A stretch of DNA of 32,000 bases, taken from Nitrosopumilus maritimus SCM1 (GTDB lineage: Archaea; Thermoproteota; Nitrososphaeria; Nitrososphaerales; Nitrosopumilaceae). The notes under the pieces were generated by a model. The model did no database searches and was not told where the DNA came from. It was given only the letters and a program-made list of their open reading frames with translations. The stretch lies in assembly GCF_000018465.1 (NCBI RefSeq), contig NC_010085.1:450001-482000 (forward strand). The letters are read 5' to 3'. The stretch's first letter is position 1, and every line of letters begins with the position of its first letter. The position numbers were made by a program, and so were the translations under genes. Shown here piece after piece: positions 18,711 through 26,710 of the stretch.

Positions 18711-19274
18711 TTATTCTTCTAATATCCAACCTGACTCAAACAAATTATTATCTTGTTCTTCTCCTATTTCTGTAGCAAATCTCCAGATAAATGGCAATTC
18801 TGTATTCATTTGTTCTTTAATTTTCAACAATGATTCTGTTTCAGAATTTAGATTTTCATCTGCTGTTTTGTGTTCTTTACAAAATTTACATTTTTCATCA
18901 AGTGTGATTGGGTCTGATTCAATCAAAGGATATGTTTTACATGCAAGAGGTCTGTTTTTGTAAATTTTACATGGAAATCCATTGTGAGGTGATTTGTTTC
19001 CACTTTCTGTATCTAGAAATGGACAAGTGTTTCCATTTTTTTCAACACCCATCATTTGATATGCTAAAATTTTTGATGGCCCAGAATCTCTACTCTCTGA
19101 TACTCCTATTCTTGGTAAAATTTTGATATCTAGATTGTTTTCTTTTGCTAGTTTTTCTATTCTTTCTTTTTCATCGGGTAATATCAAAACTCCAATCTTT
19201 CCAAATTTTTTACTTGGATAATACTCTCTTTCAATACAACATTGGGAACACTCATCAACACACCTGAATTCCAC
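18711..19274 (-). CDS. YkgJ-type cysteine-cluster protein (putative Fe-S / zinc-binding)
   Basis: MEFRCVDECSQCCIEREYYPSKKFG...CPFLDTES...GFPCKIYKNRPLACKTYPLI...CKFCKEH. Confidence 0.87.
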   Translation of the reverse strand: MEFRCVDECSQCCIEREYYPSKKFGKIGVLILPDEKERIEKLAKENNLDIKILPRIGVSESRDSGPSKILAYQMMGVEKNGNTCPFLDTESGNKSPHNGFPCKIYKNRPLACKTYPLIESDPITLDEKCKFCKEHKTADENLNSETESLLKIKEQMNTELPFIWRFATEIGEEQDNNLFESGWILEE

Positions 19275-19359
19275 AGATTCTTTCTATTTTTGACGCATAA
19301 AACTCATTATGAAAAATCAAAAACCTATCAGTTATATGCTCATTATGTGAATTACTTTC

Positions 19360-19671
19360 ATGGGTAAGCGCCAAGTAAAAAGTGAAAGTGCATTAAAAGA
19401 AATTCGTCTTCCTGAAGAAGGGGAACTTTTTGGCAGAGTTCTCAAGATGCTTGGTGGTGAAAATGTCTTAATCAAATGTACTGATAATGTCACAAGACGA
19501 GGTAGAATCCGTGGTAAACTAAAGAGAAGAGTTTGGATAAGAGATAATGATATTGTAATTATTGCGCCATGGGACTTTAATGAAGCTGAAAAAGGTGATA
19601 TTGTTTGGAGATTTACACTCCCTCAAGTCGAATGGTTAAAGGAAAACGGACACATTCCAAAAGATTTCTAA
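19360..19671 (+). CDS. Translation initiation factor aIF-1A
   Basis: LPEEGELFGRVLKMLGGENVLIKCTDNVTRRGRIRGKLKRRVWIRDNDIVIIAPWDFNEAEKGDIVWRF, S1/IF1-type OB fold. Confidence 0.96.
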   Translation: MGKRQVKSESALKEIRLPEEGELFGRVLKMLGGENVLIKCTDNVTRRGRIRGKLKRRVWIRDNDIVIIAPWDFNEAEKGDIVWRFTLPQVEWLKENGHIPKDF

Positions 19672-19716
19672 TTTAATACCTTAGTTAATATAGTGAACAA
19701 ATTATTTCAAAACCAA

Positions 19717-19908
19717 ATGGAACAAGGTACCGTAAAATGGTTTAACCGTACTAAGGGCTTTGGTTTTATTGAAAGAGAAGGTGGAGACGATCTATTTGTT
19801 CACAAAACAGATGTTGACGGATTCATCAACGAAGGCGATAAAGTCGAGTTTGAAGTCGGTGAAGGCAGAAAAGGCCCAGCAGCACAAAAAGTCAAAAAAA
19901 CAGAGTAG
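19717..19908 (+). CDS. Cold-shock domain protein (CspA-like)
   Basis: [61 protein letters not shown]; RNP1/RNP2 motifs. ATG at 19717 is the family-consistent start. Confidence 0.95.
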   Translation: MEQGTVKWFNRTKGFGFIEREGGDDLFVHKTDVDGFINEGDKVEFEVGEGRKGPAAQKVKKTE

Positions 19909-20001
19909 ACAATGAATTTTTAATTTAAGATTTCATCTTATGTTTTCTTAAGCTAGTCTATCTTTTTATTATTTTTACAATTATTTTTAATCAAAAGTTT
20001 G

Positions 20002-20128
20002 TGGTCCCGCGGGGCGGAGTTGAACCACCGACAACCCGGTTTCTGTATGCCTGATATGCTGTTATTCGGTCAGCCATCTAAAGCCAACAACTACAGCCGG
20101 AAGCTCTACCAGGCTGAGCTACCACGGG
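20002..20128 (-). tRNA. tRNA-Tyr (anticodon GUA, 20092-20094) with ~50-nt intron (20041-20090); 3' CCA encoded (20002-20004)
   Basis: Minus strand: acceptor CCCGTGG/CCGCGGG with C1-G72 and A73, D arm GCTC/GAGC, anticodon stem TCCGG/CCGGG after intron removal, T arm GGTGG-TTCAACT-CCGCC. Intron junction forms a canonical bulge-helix-bulge (CCGG:CCGG, AA^A bulge, CTGT:ACAG, AG^T bulge). Confidence 0.95.
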
Positions 20129-20237
20129 ACAAAAAAAACGAAGTTTACTGCTATTAAAAAACTATCGTAGATGAACGTGTGTTAAGATCGTAGAATTCTC
20201 TATAAGCATAAATACCTACAAACGTGTTTGTTGATTC

Positions 20238-20846
20238 ATGTCCGAACTCAAGCTTTCCTATTCTGGTTATGTTTGTGCACCTTATCTTCACACTCATGAA
20301 TCCGTTGAATTGAAAGAATCTTGGATGAAATCAAAAAATATTGAAAGATTATACTTTGTTACTGGAACATTTTCCTCTGAAAGTAAACCCTACTTTGCAG
20401 ATTCCACAAATCACTATATTTTAGCAAAATTCAAAGACAGTTCAAAAATTGCAGATGATCTAGTTGAACATAATCAAGAAAAAACTTCCTTTGTCTTTAA
20501 TGTAAAAGACGATCTTTTCCAACATGAAGTTATTGGAGATGTTAATTTTGTGTCTGTTTATTATTTAGAATATAATGACGATGAAGATATATCTGAAGTT
20601 GCTGATTTATTGGTAAAAAAAGATCAAATTGAGAGTGCAGGACTAGGAAACATGGAAACTTTTTGTAAAAATCCTTCTAAATTTACATTCCCATACTCTG
20701 AAAATATTATTGTCATTGAGGTTGCAAGTGAAAAAAGTCATCAAAGTGTTAAGAAATACTGTGAGCAAACAAGACGAGATGCAAACCGAAAAGGTCTATC
20801 CATGACCAATTTAATGAGTCTTTCAATTTTAGAACAACTAAAGTAG
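20238..20846 (+). CDS. Hypothetical protein (202 aa)
   Basis: Long intact ORF with an upstream AT-rich TATA-like stretch (ctataagcataaatac, ~20201); no recognised family. Confidence 0.75.
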   Translation: MSELKLSYSGYVCAPYLHTHESVELKESWMKSKNIERLYFVTGTFSSESKPYFADSTNHYILAKFKDSSKIADDLVEHNQEKTSFVFNVKDDLFQHEVIGDVNFVSVYYLEYNDDEDISEVADLLVKKDQIESAGLGNMETFCKNPSKFTFPYSENIIVIEVASEKSHQSVKKYCEQTRRDANRKGLSMTNLMSLSILEQLK

Positions 20847-20880
20847 AAAAGTTAAATATTCGAGCAAAAACTGTTTTTGC

Positions 20881-21291
20881 ATGAGCAAACCTTCTGATCT
20901 TGGTTCATTAAAAATCGGTTCTTACATTCTATTGCCACATTCAGATCAACCAAGTGGTGAACCTTGTAGAATTGTTGAATATGATACTTCAAAACCAGGA
21001 AAACATGGTGCAGCAAAAGCAAGAATTGTTGCTGAAGGAATTTTTGATGGTCAAAAAAGACCTCATGTAGGACCTGTCAGTATGCAAATTCATGTTCCTA
21101 TGATTAACAAAAAAGTAGGACAGATTATCTCTATGACTGGTGACACCGTTCAGTTGATGGATTCTGAAACTTTTGAAACAATCGATGTTACATTGATTGA
21201 TGATGAAGTTCAAGGAAAATTGGAAAACGGACAAAATGTAGAATACTGGGTTGTAATGGATAAAACTAAAATCATGCGCATTAAGACATAG
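20881..21291 (+). CDS. Translation factor aIF-5A
   Basis: LGSLKIGSYILLPHSDQPSGEPCRIVEYDTSKPGKHGAAKARIVAEGIFDGQKRPHVGPVSMQIHVPMINKKVGQIISM; hypusination-loop SKPGKHGAAK. Confidence 0.97.
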   Translation: MSKPSDLGSLKIGSYILLPHSDQPSGEPCRIVEYDTSKPGKHGAAKARIVAEGIFDGQKRPHVGPVSMQIHVPMINKKVGQIISMTGDTVQLMDSETFETIDVTLIDDEVQGKLENGQNVEYWVVMDKTKIMRIKT

Positions 21292-21294
21292 TGC

Positions 21295-21359
21295 GGATGC
21301 TGATGATTATCGGAAAAGCCGTCTGATTTATGATGACGATTATGAGTGTTGAAGCGTCC
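21295..21359 (+). ncRNA. Candidate archaeal C/D-box sRNA (2'-O-methylation guide)
   Basis: Terminal stem GGATGC/GCGTCC; C box TGATGA (21301-21306); D' box CTGA (21323-21326); 3-nt spacer; C' box ATGATGA (21330-21336); 12-nt guide cgattatgagtg; D-like TTGA (21349-21352). Confidence 0.78.
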
Positions 21360-21401
21360 TTTGAATAAACTTAAACAATTGTTGGATTGATTTTTTATAA
21401 A

Positions 21402-22091
21402 ATGAAACTTGCTTCTCTCTTTTCAGGTGGAAAAGATAGCACATATGCTATATACTTGGCAAAAAAACATGGACATGAAATTAAATGTCTTCTAAGTATA
21501 TTTACAAAATCTGACGAAAGTCATTTACTTCATCATCCTAACATACAATGGACAAAACTACAAGCAGAATCAATGAAAATTCCACAAATTACAATTAATT
21601 CCACTTCTGATGATACCGATGACGAACTTTCTCTATTAGAAAATCTATTAAAAACTGCAAAAGATGATTATGGCATTGAAGGATTAGTGCATGGTGGCAT
21701 CAAAAGTAATTTCCAAAAAGAAAAATTTGAACAAGTTTGCTCAAAATATGGGTTAACTGTAGTTGCACCTTTGTGGAATTTAGAACCTGAACAATATATG
21801 GGTGATTTACTACAAGCGAATTTTATTTTTATTATGATTACTGTATCTTCTGATGGATTAGATGATTCTTGGCTAGGAAAAACAATTGGAGATTCTGAAA
21901 TTAAAACTCTGAAAAAACTTTCCGATAAATTTGGATTTAATCTAAATTTTGAAGGTGGCGAGTCTGAAACATTTGTTATTGATTGTCCTTTGTTTTCCAA
22001 TTCGATCAAGATTAATCAAAGTGAAAAAAAATGGGATGGGTATAGAGGAAGGTTTGAAATAGTGGATGCGGAATTGAATTACAATGCTTGA
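21402..22091 (+). CDS. Diphthine-ammonia ligase-like / ATP-PPase (Dph6 family)
   Basis: MKLASLFSGGKDSTYAIYLAKKHGHEIKCLLSI (PP-loop) ... GLVHGGIKSNFQKEKFEQVCSKYGLTVVAPLWNLEPEQYM. ATG at 21402 is the family-consistent start. Confidence 0.88.
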   Translation: MKLASLFSGGKDSTYAIYLAKKHGHEIKCLLSIFTKSDESHLLHHPNIQWTKLQAESMKIPQITINSTSDDTDDELSLLENLLKTAKDDYGIEGLVHGGIKSNFQKEKFEQVCSKYGLTVVAPLWNLEPEQYMGDLLQANFIFIMITVSSDGLDDSWLGKTIGDSEIKTLKKLSDKFGFNLNFEGGESETFVIDCPLFSNSIKINQSEKKWDGYRGRFEIVDAELNYNA

Positions 22092-23412
22092 TGGACTTAA
22101 GAGTAGTTTGGGTGATGCAATCAAAAAGATTGTAAAATCATCTGGAATAGATGAGGAACTAATCAAGGAACTATCAAAGGATGTTCAAAGAGCATTATTA
22201 CAATCTGATGTTAATGTGCGATTAGTACTTGAAATCACAAAACACCTGGAAGAGCGTGCCCTCAATGAAACACCTCCTCCTGGCCTATCTAGGAAGAATC
22301 ACATTGTAAAAATACTATATGACGAACTTTCAAATCTGCTTGGAAATGAATCTGAGTTTGATTTTAAACCTGGAAAACAGAACAAAATCATCTTACTTGG
22401 AATTCAAGGAAGTGGTAAAACCACAGTTGCATCAAAACTTGCTAAATTTCTAACTGGACAAGGATACAAAGTTGGTGTTGTTGGTGCAGATACCTACAGA
22501 CCTGGTGCATTGGTGCAACTCAAGACAATGTGTGAAAAATCTAATGTTGAAGTATATGGTGAAGAAAGCAACAAAGATTCCCCTAGTATAGTCAAAAATG
22601 GCTTGAATTATTTTAAAGATCAATCTTTAGATGTTATCTTAATTGATACTGCTGGACGTCACAAGGAAGAACAAGACTTACTTGAAGAGATGGATAGAAT
22701 CAATAAAGTTGCTGATCCTGATTTAGCATTACTCGTAATTGATGGAACAATTGGGCAACAATGCTTCAACCAAGCTGAAGCATTTCATAAAACAATTCCC
22801 GTAGGTGGTGTAATAATTACAAAATTAGATAGTTCTGCAAAGGGTGGTGGCGCATTAGCTGCATCTGCTGCAACTGGTGCACAAATTATGTACATTGGTA
22901 CTGGCGAACGAATTGATGATCTAGAAAAATTCTCTCCAACAAGATTTGTTGGACGACTTTTGGGAATGGGTGACGTTCAAGCTGTATTGGATTTAGCAAA
23001 ACGTTTGGAAAGTGAAAATGATGATGACAGAATGAAAAGAATTTCTAGTGGAAAAATGAACATGGAAGATTTTCTTTCTCAATTAGAAGAAGTTACTAAA
23101 ATGGGCTCATTACAAGGAATTCTTGAAAGCATGCCTGGTCTCTCTGGAATGGTAAAAGATGATCAAGTAAATCAAATGGAGGACCGAGTTACAAAGTGGA
23201 GATACATTATCCAAAGTATGACCACTCAAGAAAAGGCAGACCCTGAAGGCCTATTGAATTCATCTCGAATCAAAAGAATTGCACGTGGTTCAGGCTGGCC
23301 TGAGGGTGAAGTTAAAGAATTGATGAAAAATTACAAAAACTCTAAGAATATGATGAAGGCCTCAAAAGGAAGACAAATGCAAGGCACTCTTAGAAGAATG
23401 GGATTAGGTTAA
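22084..23412 (+). CDS. srp54: Signal recognition particle 54 kDa GTPase
   Basis: GIQGSGKTTVASKLA, GADTYRPGALVQL, DVILIDTAGRHKEE, ITKLDSSAKGGGAL, M-domain GMGDVQAVLD...MKRIARGSG-type C-terminus. Confidence 0.97.
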   Translation: MLDGLKSSLGDAIKKIVKSSGIDEELIKELSKDVQRALLQSDVNVRLVLEITKHLEERALNETPPPGLSRKNHIVKILYDELSNLLGNESEFDFKPGKQNKIILLGIQGSGKTTVASKLAKFLTGQGYKVGVVGADTYRPGALVQLKTMCEKSNVEVYGEESNKDSPSIVKNGLNYFKDQSLDVILIDTAGRHKEEQDLLEEMDRINKVADPDLALLVIDGTIGQQCFNQAEAFHKTIPVGGVIITKLDSSAKGGGALAASAATGAQIMYIGTGERIDDLEKFSPTRFVGRLLGMGDVQAVLDLAKRLESENDDDRMKRISSGKMNMEDFLSQLEEVTKMGSLQGILESMPGLSGMVKDDQVNQMEDRVTKWRYIIQSMTTQEKADPEGLLNSSRIKRIARGSGWPEGEVKELMKNYKNSKNMMKASKGRQMQGTLRRMGLG

Positions 23413-23434
23413 CACAAACAAATTTCATTCTAAA

Positions 23435-24580
23435 ATGACTACTTATCAGAAAATTATTCCCATTGCAAATCAGATATTAAAAAAATATGATTTATGTGAT
23501 CATTGCCTTGGAAGACTTTTCACAAAACAGCTTTATCTTTCATCAAATAAACTCCTTGGGAAAAAATTAAAGAAAAATTCAAAATCTTCTCAAAGATGTT
23601 ATATCTGTAAAAATCTATTCGATAATTTGAATTATTTTTTGAATATGATGATTGATTCTGCATCTCATTACTCTTATTCGTCATTTAGTGTTGGCGCAAC
23701 AATAAAGCCTTCAATAATTGACAGAGATGATGTAATTCGTTCTAAATACAAACTAAAAGGAATTGATGGGATAAAGACTGATGTAACAAAAGAACTGGGA
23801 AAATTATTTTCTAAAAAAACAAAGAAATCCTTTGATTCTTTAGATCCTGAGATTGTTTTTACTGTAAATCTAAAAGATGAATTTTGTGACATTAGATCCA
23901 AATCATTAACTCTTTCAGGCAGATATGTTAAACCCGTACGAGGTTTCTTACAAAAACAAAAATCTTGTTCAAATTGTTCTGGTAAGGGGTGTCGAATTTG
24001 TGATTTTCATGGCATCAAAGAATTTGATAGTGTTGAAGGAGAAATTTCTCAATTTCTTTTTAAAAAATTAGGTGGCACCACTGCTAAATTCACCTGGATT
24101 GGTGGTGAGGATAAATCAAGCTTGATTCTAGGCACAGGAAGACCGTTTTTTGTCAAGATCCAGAACCCTCACAAAAGAAAATTGAGAGCAAAATCTGCAA
24201 ATCTAGAACACATCAAAGTTAGTAATTTCAAAATTGTTGCAGACTCTCCAAAAAAACCATTAAAATTTAATTCCTCAGTTGAAGCTAGAATTTCTACATC
24301 TTCAATCATTGACGCAAAACTTTTACGAAAATTAAAAAATCTCACAAAAAAACCAATTGCAGTTTATGAAAAGTCTGGAAAACGATCTGAGAAAAGAATA
24401 CTTTCCATAAAATATAAGAAATCTGATGAAACTTCCTTTACATTATTTTTCAAATTTGAAGGTGGTTTACCTGTAAAACGTTTTGTTACTGGTGATGATG
24501 TTTCTCCTGGAATAAGCCAAATTCTTGATATGTCGTGTAAATGTCTTGAATTTGATTTTCATGATGTTGAAGTTAAATGA
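23435..24580 (+). CDS. pus10: tRNA pseudouridine synthase Pus10
   Basis: LCDHCLGRLF N-terminus, zinc cysteines (RCYICKNLF), CSNCSGKGCRICDFHG, VRGFLQKQKSC, TKFTWIGGEDKSSLILGTGRPFFVKIQNPHKRK, C-terminal RFVTGDDVSPGISQIL. Confidence 0.92.
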   Translation: MTTYQKIIPIANQILKKYDLCDHCLGRLFTKQLYLSSNKLLGKKLKKNSKSSQRCYICKNLFDNLNYFLNMMIDSASHYSYSSFSVGATIKPSIIDRDDVIRSKYKLKGIDGIKTDVTKELGKLFSKKTKKSFDSLDPEIVFTVNLKDEFCDIRSKSLTLSGRYVKPVRGFLQKQKSCSNCSGKGCRICDFHGIKEFDSVEGEISQFLFKKLGGTTAKFTWIGGEDKSSLILGTGRPFFVKIQNPHKRKLRAKSANLEHIKVSNFKIVADSPKKPLKFNSSVEARISTSSIIDAKLLRKLKNLTKKPIAVYEKSGKRSEKRILSIKYKKSDETSFTLFFKFEGGLPVKRFVTGDDVSPGISQILDMSCKCLEFDFHDVEVK

Positions 24581-24615
24581 TAACAATTAACTAGCTCTGA
24601 ATATTTCAAAATATC

Positions 24616-24714
24616 ATGCCAATAAGAAAAAAAGGTAAACATCAAAGACATGCTGATCAAAGAGCAGAAACAAGAAGAAAAAAGAAGGCAAAAGCTGGAA
24701 AACCTAGATCCTAA
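24616..24714 (+). CDS. Small highly basic protein (32 aa), absent from the supplied ORF track
   Basis: ATG...TAA ORF: MPIRKKGKHQRHADQRAETRRKKKAKAGKPRS; sits in the otherwise empty gap after pus10. Confidence 0.55.
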   Translation: MPIRKKGKHQRHADQRAETRRKKKAKAGKPRS

Positions 24715-24750
24715 CCAAATCAACCTTTTTACATTCAAAATTATCGAGGG

Positions 24751-25464
24751 ATGATGTTGGATCCGCTGGTACGTTTCAAAGACGCGCATTCTAAAGGAAT
24801 AATCCCTGATAATGTGTATGACCTTACAATCAAACGTTTTCCAATTACTGTTGAAGGAATTAATAGAATTGAAAAAGCATCGGGAATACGTTATCCTGTT
24901 GCATATGTAGAACCATCTCTTGTGATATCTGCCCCTAACCCTAATTCTTATGAATATGGAATTCTATTTGCAAGAACCATCCCTGTGGTATTTGAAGAAA
25001 AATTTCAGGTTGTAATTCAAATTTCTGCCCCTTTGGTTGCATATGGTCTCAAAGGCACCATACATGCAATTTTAGCACATGAATTTTTACATTTTCTAGA
25101 ACTGATACGAAAAATCTCAAAGATGGAATTGCTTTCAGATGAAATATCTGGAAACTTGTTTGAAAATGTATACAGTGATGAAACTAGATTGTTTGAACCT
25201 AGAGTTGTTTTCAAAGATCGTACATTGTTAAATCATATAACAAAAAAATTCCCTGCGGGATTTCGTGACTATAAACTTGAAGATAAAGTGACAAAATTTT
25301 GGATTGACAAAAATCTTCCTAAAACAAATATCTCTTTAGATTCAAACACTGTAAAATTATCTGCAGATGCTCTTTCAAAAATTAAACTTGATCCTACATT
25401 TGTTTCTAAAATTGAACAACTAGAAGAAAAGAGTTCTAAGATTCGTAAAAAGAAATTGTATTAA
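24751..25464 (+). CDS. Uncharacterised protein with HExxH motif (possible metallopeptidase-like fold)
   Basis: GLKGTIHAILAHEFLHFLELIRKI contains HEFLH within a hydrophobic helix; no assigned family. Confidence 0.75.
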   Translation: MMLDPLVRFKDAHSKGIIPDNVYDLTIKRFPITVEGINRIEKASGIRYPVAYVEPSLVISAPNPNSYEYGILFARTIPVVFEEKFQVVIQISAPLVAYGLKGTIHAILAHEFLHFLELIRKISKMELLSDEISGNLFENVYSDETRLFEPRVVFKDRTLLNHITKKFPAGFRDYKLEDKVTKFWIDKNLPKTNISLDSNTVKLSADALSKIKLDPTFVSKIEQLEEKSSKIRKKKLY

Positions 25465-25476
25465 TTTTAAAATATT

Positions 25477-25650
25477 TTATTGTTTGAATTCTGTTAAACC
25501 ACATTTGCCACATGTGTTTCTATCTTTATGTTCTGACATGTAGGTTCCTTTACCACATCTTGAACAAACTTTTTTAATTCTTGATACTTTGTCACCGTCT
25601 ACTTTGAAATATGCATAGACATTTGGACTAGAGCCTTTTTTGCCTGCCAT
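25477..25650 (-). CDS. rps27ae: Ribosomal protein eS31/S27ae (zinc-ribbon), absent from the supplied ORF track
   Basis: Translation MAGKKGSSPNVYAYFKVDGDKVSRIKKVCSRCGKGTYMSEHKDRNTCGKCGLTEFKQ; CxxC...CxxC zinc ribbon, abutting eS24. Confidence 0.93.
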   Translation of the reverse strand: MAGKKGSSPNVYAYFKVDGDKVSRIKKVCSRCGKGTYMSEHKDRNTCGKCGLTEFKQ

Positions 25651-26066
25651 TATTCAGATTTCTCCTCTTCTTTAGATTCTTCTGCAGGTGCCTCTACTGC
25701 TTTATCTTCAGCAGGGGCATCTTCAGATGCTGCTTCTTCAGCAGGAGCTTCTTGTGCTGCTGCTTCAGCTTCTGCAAGTTTTGCTTTTGATTTTTCTAAT
25801 CTTGAGAAAATTGTTGGGTTGACATGTTTTTTTGCCAATCCTTCATCTTCATAAACAAAGAAAGTTCCCGTAACAATTGGTTTTCCAACATGAGTTTGTA
25901 ATCTCATTGGAATTACCACTTTACCGTCAAGTTTGAATTCTTTAGTAATCATGTCTACTGCTTCAAGTTTTTTGAGTTTTCCTGCCAATCCTGCAAAATT
26001 ACATGTGAGCTCTCTTCTAGATAGGAAGGTGTTATCTACGTCTGTAACGGTCTCAATTATGGACAT
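25650..26066 (-). CDS. rps24e: Ribosomal protein eS24 with acidic Ala/Glu-rich C-terminal tail
   Basis: MSIIETVTDVDNTFLSRRELTCNFAGLAGKLKKLEAVDMITKEFKLDGKVVIPMRLQTHVGKPIVTGTFFVYEDEGLAKKHVNP; track ORF starts at 26093, internal ATG at 26066 preferred. Confidence 0.82.
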   Translation of the reverse strand: MSIIETVTDVDNTFLSRRELTCNFAGLAGKLKKLEAVDMITKEFKLDGKVVIPMRLQTHVGKPIVTGTFFVYEDEGLAKKHVNPTIFSRLEKSKAKLAEAEAAAQEAPAEEAASEDAPAEDKAVEAPAEESKEEEKSE

Positions 26067-26149
26067 GTATCCAAAATCCTTTAGATATTTCATATAAACC
26101 TTGATTGAAATAGATAAGAAATTTAAGAAAATCTTGGGTAATTCTTACT

Positions 26150-26710
26150 ATGGAACGATATATGCTTCATTTGAAAAACACTAGATATGGCCCAGAAAAT
26201 TCTCGTGAGGTTGTTTACAAGGCAAGAGATCTTGCATCTGACATGAACGCTTCCATTAGAGTTGCCCGAATTGCCAAAAAATTTGTTGAATTAGATGTTT
26301 CAGTTGAAAAAGACGATCTCGATAAATTAATTGAAAAATTATCTCCAATTGGACCTATTGATAACATTCGTCATGTCTTTGAAGAAGAAATTGATAAAGA
26401 GAAAGGGATTACCGATGGAATTTTCTATTTTAACAATGAAAGATTTTGGGAAAGCCATGAAGCATTTGAAGGTGTTTGGAAAAAATGCTTTGGACGAGAA
26501 AAAGAAGTTGTCCAAGGAATTATCTTAATGGCCGTTGCATTTGCACATGCTCAAAAAGATGAGCTTAGTATTGGAATTGGAATGCTTCGAAGAGTTTTAG
26601 AGAAATTAGGAACGTCTCCTTCTACTTATCATTCAATTGATGTGGATATGATTAGAACTAAAGCAATTGAAATGCAACAAGAAAATAAACTAACTACGTT
26701 TGAGATTTAA
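26150..26710 (+). CDS. DUF309-like protein with N-terminal extension
   Basis: C-terminal half: FYFNNERFWESHEAFEGVWKKCFGREKEVVQGIILMAVAFAHAQKDELSIGIGMLRRVLEKL, matching the DUF309 motif. Confidence 0.82.
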   Translation: MERYMLHLKNTRYGPENSREVVYKARDLASDMNASIRVARIAKKFVELDVSVEKDDLDKLIEKLSPIGPIDNIRHVFEEEIDKEKGITDGIFYFNNERFWESHEAFEGVWKKCFGREKEVVQGIILMAVAFAHAQKDELSIGIGMLRRVLEKLGTSPSTYHSIDVDMIRTKAIEMQQENKLTTFEI

